Source: Octopus vulgaris (taxonomy: Eukaryota). From it: a stretch of DNA of 64,000 nt. Both the position numbers and the translations under genes were made by a program. The notes beneath the pieces were generated by a model. It worked only from the letters and a program-made list of their open reading frames with translations, had not been told where the DNA came from and searched no databases. Shown one piece after another: positions 40,469-52,774 of this stretch (position 1 is its first letter; each line of letters begins with the position of its first letter). The DNA lies in contig OX597815.1 of assembly GCA_951406725.2 (NCBI GenBank), positions 11,966,001 to 12,030,000 of the forward strand, in the 5' to 3' direction.

Positions 40469-42790
40469 CATTGATGATTTTCTGTCGACAATATGAGAAA
40501 ATATGTATCACTGAAGAAACTTACGACGATATATTAAAAGCACCATAATTTTAAACAGGAACAATATTTAGAAAAGCTATTAGAGCGTATATTTCTTATG
40601 AGTTTAATATTTAGACATAAACATTCAAAATGCACCAAATCGATTCAGATTCAGGATTAAATGCAGTCGCTTTGTGAGCTTAAGTAAATGATGTGATGCA
40701 GTATATGAAATTCATTTGCACTGTATTACTAAAACGTATTTATCTCTTAACTCCCGACGATAAATATTAAAGGCAAAATAGTATTTAATGTAGCTTGAAG
40801 AAAAATTTCACATCCACAGTTTGAAAAACAATTCACTAATTCTGTCTATATGACATGCGTATTAAATAAGGCCTCTAAGAATACCGTAATATTGTAAAAA
40901 AAAAAAAAAAAAGTTATGCGTCGTGTGTTATTTGCTACTATAATGAAGATTCTAACGAAACACTAAAATCGAAATATACTGTGACCATTGAACATTTACT
41001 TGCATCATATCTCATTTCCTGAAGGACGTGTGAATATACATAAATATACTGTTAAGTGATATGAACCGAATAAACGCATTTACGGGATATTAGATATAGA
41101 TAGAGCATGATGAAATAAATGTAGTCACAATATACTCACTGCTAGAGAAAGCACTAATATATTTCAAGTGTTATATAACTTTTGTGGAAGGTTTGGGTAA
41201 AAGCAGTGCTTTTTCACTCATGAGACAAATGTAAACTGAAAATAAATCCTAATTTGTTGAACATTTCAAAAGAGATACGTAACCTTTAAAACTATTATAT
41301 CACATTCTAAAAGGAAACATATGCTGTGGTTTGTACATAGCATGTAAAATAAAGTGTTGTTCGACGCTAGTTTTCAACATCTTTTTCAACTTTACATTTG
41401 TCTTTATGATCAAAATTAAACTTGAAACATGATATACGTTGTTGAAGTTCAATAGAAATAAAACACTCTGTGGAAGGGGTTCGTAAAGTGAAACTATGCC
41501 GATATAAATTTCAAAATGTATTTGTAGAAATACACTTCATACTTATAAACGATTCATCTGCATTGTCTGGGTATAAGTAGGGCACCTAGAGGATGAGAAT
41601 GTGAGGTGACGAAGTCCCAAAACACTGAAATATGTGAATGCTATAGATTTCCAAAAGGAGAAAGAAAAGATTCGATGAATATACAGAAGCAGTGGCGTAT
41701 ATTCCAGGTGTGCTATGAAAACATTTGTTATACCCCTGTTTGAAATTCGGTGGCATTAGGTATGGTAGCACACCCAATACAATAACTACCATGTGCCAGA
41801 AGGAAGGATTAAATGAGTCTAAACGCACTGATAGTCAATATAGAACCCGAATGCTATATTAAATATTCCCCCAAATCTAGTAAAATGACATCACACATTT
41901 CCTTTCCTATGGAAGGTTGCGGACAGTGTTGAAAGAAAGCATTTTATGTTCTATACACAGGAACAGATGTAAAGTAGATGGATGTCATTACAAGGACTGT
42001 GAGTGTGACGTAACACACCTGACAGAAACTGATCCCGTTCTAATTGTAAACTTATGTGTTGACTCTCAAGTTTTCAGTTTACAGAGAATCGTTACAAAAG
42101 AAATAAAATTCGGCAGTGAAAGAGCTGTTCAATTATTCAAAGATGAATTTCGTATATCTCCAATTAGCAAAAACTTTCAAGAACTCTTGATGATGGAATT
42201 TTAAATGAAATTCTACGTGATTTCGGAATATTTGACATCGTAGAGGAGAGGCGACATGAATTTCTCCAAAGAAAGGAAGCCGGATTATGTAACCAATTGC
42301 GCATTTGCAAAGGAAATATTAATCCTGAATTGAATCTGTCTTTACTATAATATTCTTAGGCAAGATACATCTTAAGTGGAAGTGACAACGATGATGGAAA
42401 AAGAAATACCTAAGTTACAGTGGAAAATTTTCATAAAATATAGCAACCAATATAAGAGGTCCAGGTGAGATCGCTGTTCTAATGAGTACTTTAGTTGGGA
42501 ACAGAATTCGTGGTGATTTGTCGCTTAATACACATACTATTAAGATGACAACAATAGGTAAATGATTATGTGCGATCGAATACAGAGCTAAAGGACAAAA
42601 AATGAAGAAAACAGTAGGTCTCTTTCACGAATTTTTTTGTCAACTGCATAGAATGCATATAGACATGCGTACATGATTGTCTTTCATCTATCTGCCAATC
42701 TCCACACTACCTACCTCCCTCACTACCTACTTACGTACCTACCTTCGTATGCATACATGCACAGATGCATACATGTGTGTTTGTATATTG

Positions 42791-42849
<59 letters not shown>

Positions 42850-43073
42850 GTAACACAGATGCAGCACGTAATTTTGTCAGTGAACAGGTCGCGGTCTCAA
42901 AGCGACGAAAATATTTTGACAAATTAAATTTAAATGTTGAAGGGAATCTAACGGATTTTGTGTGTTTCTGAAATAGCTTATAGACACCCTCCACGCTGCA
43001 ATTGCTTTCGTTCCAGCACAGGATCTCAGATCACGTCACTTGATTTGCAAGTACATCTTCGTAATATACATAC

Positions 43074-43104
<31 letters not shown>

Positions 43105-43224
43105 CACATATATATATATATAAATATAAAAGTGTAGTAAGTAAAATATATGCATACGTACATACATATATGTACGTACCTACATCTACATGTATATATA
43201 CATGCATATATACATATATATACG

Positions 43225-43765
43225 TGAGTACAGGACACCACAAATAGACGCAGAACTCAACGAGAAACGAAAACGGAAAACAAGCATGGAACAGACCATT
43301 TTTTACAACGAAAAACAGAGTACAAGACAAACTACACAAGGAAAAATCCCCTTCATCAGCTGTCCCTAGTTCAACTCCATCGTGTTTCAAAGGTAGGACC
43401 GAACACGACTCGTCAAACTAGCCCTTCCCGCGAGATAATTAAATAAAATTACTTCGCAGAGGGGTAAAAACACAGAAAGATAAAAAAAATGTAACACAGA
43501 CAGGACGTAAAAACGATATATATATAAGTGCGTGCGAGTGGACAAATGAAAGAAGGCTATATTAAATGCGGGGTTAAACCACAAAAATTTCCTAGTTCTA
43601 GATCTACGTAGCCAATTATTGCTAGAATTAATTCGACTACACTAATTCTTCTCCGAGAATCCACTTTTCCTTAAAGCATTATTGTAATATGGCGCAGCAT
43701 TTTGAAATGCTGTATCATCCGAAGAAATTGGTGATATTCGCCTTCCTACGTTACTAACTAGGTTA
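43225..43765 (-). mobile_element. Penelope-like element relic: RT C-terminal fragment plus terminal repeat
   Basis: Reverse complement translates LVSNVGRRISPISSDDTAFQNAAPYYNNALRKSGFSEK and RSRTRKFLWFNP, matching the PLE RT thumb/linker pattern ISS..F..AAP.Y..AL..SG..R.R.I.WFNP. The terminal part (gaaacacg..gacagctgatgaagg..tttcgtttctc) is shared with 61020-61170. Confidence 0.75.
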
Positions 43766-43789
43766 GTAACTCACACACTTTACACTTTA

Positions 43790-44200
43790 CTCACGCACAC
43801 ATGTCAAACTCACTCGCCCCCATTCACACATATACACTTATACTTTCACACATACCATTCTCACATACACATACACGTAAGCGCACCTCTTCTTGTTGGG
43901 ATCACCATGAATTTCTCCCCTTCTCTTTATTATTATGTCTTTATTATTATCAACTTCTCTTTATTATTATCCCCCTTTCATTCAACCACTTTCCCTCCAA
44001 TTATCGCTACGCTGGACCACTGAACTCAACACGTCTCTTTTTCATTCTCTCTCTATTTATTTCCTTTTATTATTTTCTGGTCTAAGAGCATAGGCTCGAA
44101 ACGTAAAAGACTTTTCCATTTCTCCCGAGTGTCAAACTAATGCACTTACGTGTTGTTCCTACACCTGTCTTCGTCTTTGTTTTCCTATAAACTTGTTCTA
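43790..44200 (+). mobile_element. Probable PLE non-coding terminal repeat ending in (TA)n
   Basis: 44075-44200 is homologous to the reverse complement of 55575-55700 (aagag..taggctcgaaacgtaaaa..actaat..tgtcttcgtcttt..taaac). Confidence 0.6.
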
Positions 44201-45463
44201 TATATATATGTGAGTGTGAGTGTGTGTATGTGTGTATGTGTGTGCGCTCACACAGATATCTTTATCTAAATTCGAGTGTATGTAGACATACAGAAAATAT
44301 ATGCTCATATATACCAAAGTGTATTCGTCTCATTTTATATTTATACTTAACTTATTTTTGGGAAATATTTTTGTCGATAGAACCTGGCTTCTTTAAAAAT
44401 AAATGGTCGAATGGAGGTGCTGACGCTCCAGCGTCTATTGGAGCGTGAGTTACGTTTTAAAACCTATTTGGCTTGAACTCAGAACAGCTTTCCAACAATC
44501 ACTCTGGTGCAGGAAGAGAAGTTGATGCCAGCATTAACAGTCTTTCCCTTAAGGCATAATATTGTGGCAAGTTTATTAGATTTATTTTCTTTTTTGTTTT
44601 CTGTTTCCTAGCCAACTCTCCGCCATAGTGATAACGAGAGAAAACAACTTCTCTATTGGCGCTAACTGCATGAGGGATCTAAGAAAAAAAACACAAAAAT
44701 TGCCTCGTTGTAATTAGTATCCCACCAAATTTTACTTGACTTATACTATTAGAATTAGTGTATTTTTTTTTTTACTTTTATAACTATATTTTTGACAATG
44801 ATCGTACTGTCTTTATTCATTTTCACAAAAAAAAAAAAAAAATATTCGTTTTGGTTGGGGTTTGACATATATAACATATTGAAATTAAAAACATCGAATA
44901 ACTGATATTGTTCAAGCTGTCAGTAGACAAAACTCTCCAGACATCTCTAAATATCGGCGCACAAAGAAAGGAGACGAATCCAATAAAATCAATTAATTGA
45001 AGTTTCGGCAACATAATGTAGACGACGACTGAGAATAGATATCTGTAAAGTGACAGGCATTTTACCGTATTAATAACCTTGTCTCTAATCAGTGATAAGA
45101 TTTTAAAACAGTACATATATAGAAATAGAAGGAATGTAGTGACAGTGATTACATTTATCAACGAAATGGCTGATGGAAAATATCTTGGTGGACTTTTTCT
45201 GCTTGTTAAATGTGCATACTTTAGGGTATCACATATGTAATAAACAGACTTGAAAGACTGAGTATGGCTAAAAGTTTAGAACTGAGATATTCTTATACCT
45301 ATACTTAATAACATCAATTATTTGAAAGTTATGTTGTAAAAGAAAAAGAAAAACCTATTGCCACTTAAAATAAGAATATATTGAAAAAAGTGTAATGACT
45401 AAAATAGTAGACAGGATACTCGTGATAGGTAAAATGAGAAGCTGATTGTTGTTATATGAACTA

Positions 45464-45852
45464 CTAGCAGTATCGCTCGGCGTTGCTCGGGTTTGTAAGG
45501 GAAATAACTATATAAGCATTTTTAGAGATGTAAAGTATAATAGCCATCTCAATATGGCTAACCACAAAGCGAGGTGGTGTTACTGTAGATTTTTACGTTC
45601 TGAGATTTAATAATAAATTTTTAGAGAGTTACTTCCCTTATATATATGCCAAAAATGGGAAAAAATGATGGTAATTTTTTTTTTTAATCGTAGACTCATC
45701 GTAGACGCGCGCTAATACCCAGAAGGGCTCGATATGAATCACGACTATAAGATATCCGGTTTTGGTTAAACTGCACCGCAAAATGTGGGAGTAGTTAGGA
45801 ATCTAAATCGTAGGAGACAGACAGCACACAACCTCACTTTTATATATAAAAA
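45464..45852 (-). mobile_element. Non-autonomous Helitron, second copy
   Basis: Begins a|ctagcagtatcgctcggcgttgctcggg and is collinear with the reverse complement of 18574-18972. Confidence 0.88.
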
Positions 45853-46261
45853 TGATGTAGGAAAGTAAGCAACGCTTGGCATTCCATTTCATTGTTATGC
45901 GTTACGTAGCTTCAATTCAATATATTCTTTATCACATGACAGTGTTTCAGTCATATAAAAATGGGAAAAATTGATGGTAATTTTTTTTAAATCGTAGACT
46001 CATCGTAGACGCGCGCTAATACCCAGGATGGCTCGATATGAATCACGACTATAAGATATCCGGTTTTGGTTAAACTGCACCGCAAAATGTGGGAGTAGTT
46101 AGGAATCTAAATCGTAGGAGACAGACACTCACACAACTTCACTTTTATATATAAAGATGATGTAGGAAAGTAAGCAACGCTTGGCATTCCATTTCATTGT
46201 TATGCGTTACGTAGCTTCAATTCAATTTATTCTTTATCACATGACAGTGTTTCAGTCATAT
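45651..46261. repeat. About 306-bp tandem duplication spanning the Helitron 5' half and about 105 bp of flank
   Basis: Unit 1 is 45651-45956 and unit 2 is 45957-46261; the two are near-identical. Confidence 0.93.
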
Positions 46262-46446
46262 AGAGTCAATATGATTACCCATTCTTCTAATGAGAACATA
46301 ACGAGATATGGCAATGCGGTTTCAAGACATTCGCTCCAAGCCCATTTAGCTCTAGCGTCAAGTTTACTGCGTGTTTTTTTTCTCTAGTAACTTATCGCTA
46401 ACAAACTCCTTGTTAGTGTAAACTAACGGGAACAAATCTGGAGCAT

Positions 46447-46532
<86 letters not shown>

Positions 46533-46862
46533 CAAAGGACAATTACCAACACCAGCAACAACCCAAGCAACTTCAGCAACACCAACAACAGATGCACCAG
46601 CTTCATTCCCTTTAACAACAGAAGAGGCAATACGTAAGAACACACATAACACCCAGGGGTTCCCTCAACTAATTTCTCCCAGTCCCGCCCTCTCTCCGTC
46701 TACCTCAAACCCAATCGGTCCACACAGTGATTCCACAGACTCAGATTCTTTGGCAACACGCAGCAAAAATGAAGGGGGAGACGCCAAATGACCAAAAATA
46801 CCGTAAAAGACAAAAATGATTACATCAAGTCTCACATCAACACACAAATGAAAAAAAACATA

Positions 46863-47026
46863 GGCGCAGGAGTGGCTGTGTGGTAGGTAGCTTATCTATC
46901 AACCACATGGTTCCGGGTTCAGTCCCACTGCGTGGCACCTTGGCATGTGTCTTCTACTATAGCCTCGGGCCGACCAAAGCCTTGTGAGTGGATTTGGTAG
47001 ACGGAAGCTGAAAGAAGCCCGTCGTA

Positions 47027-47072
<46 letters not shown>

Positions 47073-47300
47073 TGTGAGTGTTTGTGTATGTGTTTGTCCT
47101 TCTAGCATTGCTTGACAACCGATGCTGGTGTGTTTATGTCTCCGTTACCTAGCGGTTCGGCAAAATAGACCGATAGAATAAGTATTGGGCTTACAAAAGA
47201 ATAAGTCCCGGGGTCGAGTTGCTCGACTAAAGGCGGTGCTCCAGCATGGCCGCAGTCAAATGACTGAAACAAGTAAAAGAATAAAAGAATAAAAGAATAG
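46863..47300 (+). mobile_element. Full-length type-1 (OK-like) SINE with (ATAAAAGA)n tail
   Basis: A box TGGCTGTGTGG, B box GGTTCAGTCCC, and 3' ggcggtgctccagcatggccgcagtcaaatgactgaaac. Confidence 0.95.
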
Positions 47301-48732
47301 AAAATACATCCGCAATTCTCACAGAGACACCTACAGCATCACCAACCTCTCTAGCACCGCAGTCACACACTGCACCACCAACACTACTTCAACTGCAATA
47401 ACATACCAAAAGAAAACTCTCTCAATAGCAAGAAGCACCCACACAGACACCAAACCTGATGTACCTCCTATCACGAAAGAAGGATTTAGAGAGAGTGAGA
47501 GTGTGAGCTTTGGCATCAGACACCTTTCAAGCGCCAGAAACCTTGGTGTTGGTGCGAATGCCTAAAAAGTCATATAAACTCATGAGGGAGAGCTTCCCGC
47601 AAAACGTGAGAACCCCTAATGAAAGATTTTAGACTTTGTGTCTAAACTAGAGATATTTTTTATTAGAGTTGTGGTTGCGAGCGGTCTCAGTGTTTAGCCA
47701 GTCCATAAAAAAGTGCTTAAGAGCGTTTCTTTCAACTTTTTACGTTACGAGTTCGAATCCTGCTGAGTTCGAATTTACCTTTCTTCTTGTTGCGACGAAA
47801 AGAAGTAACACTCAAGTAATGAATTCAATGAAATCGACTAGACCCCCCCTCCTCTTAACATTGCTGGCCTTGTGCGAAATTTCGAAACAATTAAATTATC
47901 GTAAACTAAATATGACTAAAGAGATTTAACATTTTATAAATAGAATAACATTGTGCATTTCATAATTGGAATAATTATTATTGTTCAACTTCAATCTCCG
48001 TATATCAATTATGATCTACTATAGATATCTAGAAAATTTCCAACACATTTTCTCTAATTTCGGGTCATCCTGTAGTCATATGGCTTTGATGCATTGGCTC
48101 ATCTACATTTCCGTATCTTATATCTCGATTTCAAAACTTTACCTACATAATTTTAGCAGATTCTCATTACACAAAGATGTTCTTTTTTCCGACGAACATC
48201 GATTTTCTTAAACCCACACCTACTTTCTTTCATATTTACCACTTTGCTTTATTTCAGCTAGGTTTATTCTTTTATTAAAACAATTGTTTTTCACTTAAAT
48301 TTCTCAGTCTGTTCGATAAATCTGTCAAGCTAAAGCAATTTTGGAATATACATTATAAACAAATTTATATTCTCATTATTTTACTCTCGTTTTTTATTTT
48401 TATTCTCCGAAACCCTAACGTTGTTATTTTGATAATGACTACTCTCCCCCCCTCTCTCTCTCTCTCTTTCTCACACACACACACACACAAACATGCATGT
48501 GTGTGTGTGTAGGGCACACACAAGGGAAGTCGAATCAGTATATATACTAATTCATCTGCATGTGAATTGCCAATATGCTAACAGCTAGTTTTAATAGAAT
48601 TTCTAACTTAATAAGTTTATGAATAATTGATTTGAATAGTTAGATTTTCCGAGCAAAATTTAATAGTTTCCTTTGAATTTATTAGATACTTATCCATATT
48701 TTTATAGTTTATATCTATCAGTGTATAATATG

Positions 48733-48765
<33 letters not shown>

Positions 48766-49454
48766 GTGTACTGCATACACACATTACTGTGTGTGTGTGT
48801 GTGTTTGATATTTTTAGTCCATGGCTTCATTTCGTTGAATAATATTAAATATATTCAATCTGGGAATATGTAACTTAATCGTAAAATAGCTTGTGATATC
48901 AGGATTATTAATCTAGTGTGGAAATCTGAAACTAGTCTCATCGATATTTCGTTGAAAGAATATTGATAAATAATAGTAGAATGAGTGTGAAATACTAAAA
49001 GCAAATTGTTAGTGCAATGTTTTAAATTAGTAGCAATCTATGTCAAGAAAACGAAACCTCATAACATCTAATCAACAAATTTATGGCATCGTAAATTAGC
49101 TAAGCATATGGAACAGTGCTAGTAGCAAGACAGCTTTCTCGGTTCAAATGCCAACCGTCATTTCTTGGTTCAATTCCCAACTGTCATTATTTATTTTTCT
49201 CTTCTTTGTTCGTCGTTTCTTTTGTGTTAATTCTCATATAAAAAAAAAATTCTTTCCGATACATATGCTTCCCTCGTATCAAAATCGTTGAATGATTAGT
49301 TGTATGTTTTTATTAATAGGAGGAAACTTAATAAAGATAGCAACAAAAATTCAGAAAACGTGATTAATTTGATCTTAATTAGGGGAATGAAAACTTTGCA
49401 ATATATCTTTAAGTTTTATGATATATCTTCTTGATAAATCCTAATAATATATTG

Positions 49455-49652
49455 GATTCATATGTTGGCACAAGGCCCGAAATATTGAGAGAAGAGTAAG
49501 CCGATTAGACCAACTGGTACTTACTTTATCGACCCCGAAATGTTGAAAGGCAAAGTTAACCACGGCAGAATATGAACTCAGAACGTAGCGACACACGAAA
49601 TGCGGCTAAGAATTTTTGTTGGCGTGCTCACGATTTTGCCAGCTGGCCACCT
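49455..49652 (-). mobile_element. Type-3 SINE, decayed
   Basis: caactggtacttactttatcgacccc..aaaggcaaagt..gaactcagaacgtagcg..gccagctggccacc. Confidence 0.85.
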
Positions 49653-50235
49653 ACACTAATCATATATCAAGAGAAGATAGATACAAATAATGCGTTTGTT
49701 CGCCGATTCCTTTTCTTCTCTGGAACATCAACTTTCTAAAATTCTCTCCCTGGGGAGGGAATTTAAGATTGTTATGAGTATCAATTTCACAGGTCTTAGC
49801 GTACCTGCGAACGTCATGACAACAACGTCTCTTTCCACATTAAGTTGATGAAGAAGAGACATTCTAAACCGTTTGTACACCGGGCAAACGTCGGCATCAC
49901 TATATGATACATTAACCTCCTAGACGTAACAGCATAACCTTTTCTGAAATCCTACTCAAGTGAATTCAAAATAAGATGACGTATTTGATAAGTTTGACGT
50001 AATATAAATCAACGTAAGTGAAAAGAAAATAAGACTGCATTGTTGCGTCTGGAACACCAGTTAAACAATGGAAATTAACGCATTTATTGGTCTAATTATA
50101 TGAGATAGTTCGGCTCAATTAATGTTGACGGCAGCTATACATCAATAATTACAAGAACAGTAAAGTAATTTCAATAGTTATTTCTATATATTTTCTTAGA
50201 ACATAGAAAAACACATTTCAATATTTAGGTGTTTT

Positions 50236-50852
50236 AAAGGTGGCGAGTTGGCAGAAGCGTTAGCACGCCTGGTGAAATGCTTAGCGCTATTTCACCTATC
50301 TTTACGTTCTGAGTTCAAATTCCGCGGAGGTCCATTTTGCCTTTCATCCTTTCAGGGTCGATAGATTAAGTAACAGTTGCTTACTGGGGTCGATCTAATC
50401 AACTGGTCCCCTCCCCCAAAATTTCGAGTAGAAATGAGTATTTAGGTGTTCTAAGGCGGCGAGCTGAATGAAACGTTAGCACGCCGAGTGAAATGCGTAG
50501 CCGTATTTTGTCTGCCGCTACGTTCTGAGTTCAAATTCCACCAAGATCGACTTTGCCTTTCATACTTTCGGGGTCGATAAATTAAGTACCAGTTACGCCC
50601 TGGGGTCGATGTAATCGACTTAATCCGTTTGTCTGTCCTTGTTTGTCCTCACTGTGTTTAGCCCCTTGTGGGTAGTAAAGAAATAGGCATTTTGTCCGTC
50701 TTCACGTTCTGAGTTCATGCTCCGACGAGGTCGACTTTGCATTTCATCCTTTCGGAATCTATGAAATAAGTATCATTTGTGTACTGAGGTCGATGTAATC
50801 GACGGTCACGTTGCCTCAAAATTGCTAGCATTGTGCCGGAATTTCAAATCCA
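50236..50852 (+). mobile_element. Type-3 SINE monomer (about 50236-50438) followed head-to-tail by a dimer (about 50453-50852)
   Basis: Target tatttaggtgtt occurs at 50222-50233 and 50439-50450, and in degenerate form (taattaagtgttct) at 50853-50866. Confidence 0.9.
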
Positions 50853-52365
50853 TAATTAAGTGTTCTGATATAGAGCTAAGTAATGTCTGGGGTTAGAGAT
50901 ATGTATTATATGACTTTTAAGGGGTAATGATACATCAAATAGAAACGGCATGTTACTAGTTTATTGTTTCATTGATTACAATAATTAATTAACCATACTG
51001 GAACAGAAATCATGCATAAATTGCATTGTTCTAAAGAAGAATTTCTAATATGAAAGAACAGATTTGTATTATGTCCCCTACAGTAGACTATGTGCCACTA
51101 CATTAAACCAAGTCGTATTTCAGTTCAAAGGGAACTTGTTGCTAACTTCACATTGTAGCATTAATATGACCACCACATTTTTACAGATTCTGGATTATAC
51201 TGGATCAATGCGTTTTTTTTTAAAGTGATAATCTACGATGCAAAGACCACTTAAAAATGGCCTCTTTAGCTCATTAATATCAGTGAGAGTATGTGTTTCG
51301 ATTTAGGATCTAATTAGGGAGAGTTTATATCAAAGGCGTTTCAGCTATGGCGATCTTGTATTTTCGTGATAACATATCCGGGATCACATTACTTTTAGTG
51401 CGTTTTGTAAGGTTGGGGAATGTTATTTGAAGATGTTTTCCTTACCCTTGCTAGAAGTGTATAGCAATTGCAGTGTGATTCCTTTGTTGATTCTGGTTCA
51501 AGTAAAGGGTGATAGATTTAGAGAAAATGATATGTATCAAAACTATTTTTATAAGATAATTATGCATTGAATTCCTGCTGAGGAAAACTCAGCGTATAAT
51601 GTTAAAAATATCAAGGAAAAATTTGTGTAAATAACAGAGAAACGTTGATGATAATGTAAGAAAATGAGAGACAAATAATCAATGCAAGGACGAAAAGGAG
51701 AAAGGAATAGGTGGGAGATTTCAACTGATATTGTAAGAATCAAATCTAAAACAATAAGGAATAAGAAAAAAAAAGTTAATGTATACGTGGTAAACGAGAA
51801 TTATAAATTGAAAGGAAAGGAACGTTAAAGAAAGACAGAAAATAGAGATTTAAAAAAATAATTACAAAGAAATATACACATATAGGTATATACAGAAATG
51901 TAAACAGTGAAATTAAGATTTTCAAATATTTGTGCGTTTACATTTTTTATACGTCTTGATTCGTGAATGCCTATAATCCTTGACACATCTAACGCTATAC
52001 ATGTTCAAGTTATATTACAGAATAGCTGAGGTTTTCGGTCAAATATAAATACTATCTCGTATCTTTCATAAAGCGAATTCAATCTGTGAATTAAACTCTG
52101 AAATTGTGAAAGAATTTTTCTGAAATCTATGATAAAGGATGTACAGTTTTACATAGTGGTTAATCGATATAAATCCGAAGGCATTATCTTGCAATCTAAA
52201 CTAAATTAAATCAACACCTTAGTAATCAAAGCATGAAGTATCATATATGTTAGCTCTTAGAAGCTAAGAATGAGAAGAATATCCCCCAGGAAATCCGATA
52301 TTCATGATCACCTGCATTTCTTGAAGAGTGACGTTTGCCCCTTTCGAAAGACAAAACCTAAGGTA

Positions 52366-52369
52366 GACA

Positions 52370-52406
<37 letters not shown>

Positions 52407-52418
52407 AAACACACGCAC

Positions 52419-52449
<31 letters not shown>

Positions 52450-52774
52450 TACAAACACACACACACATACACACACAAACACACACACACAAACGCACAC
52501 ACACACAAACACAAAGACACGCACATACACACAAACACACACACACAAACACACAAACACACACACACGCACATACACACAAACACACACACACAAAGAC
52601 ACACACATACACACAAACACACACACACATACACACACACACACACACATACACACATACACACACACACGCTCATACACACACACACAAACACACACAC
52701 ACAAAAACACACACACACATACACACACATACACAAACACACAAACACATACACACACACATACACACACACGC
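52366..52774. repeat. Long degenerate (CA)n satellite
   Basis: Seen directly. Confidence 0.95.

Noticed and set aside
41917-42204. 95-aa ORF with a Cys cluster and a possible 38-nt exon (41961-41998)
   Set aside because: No recognisable domain, a TTG start, and splice signals that could arise by chance.
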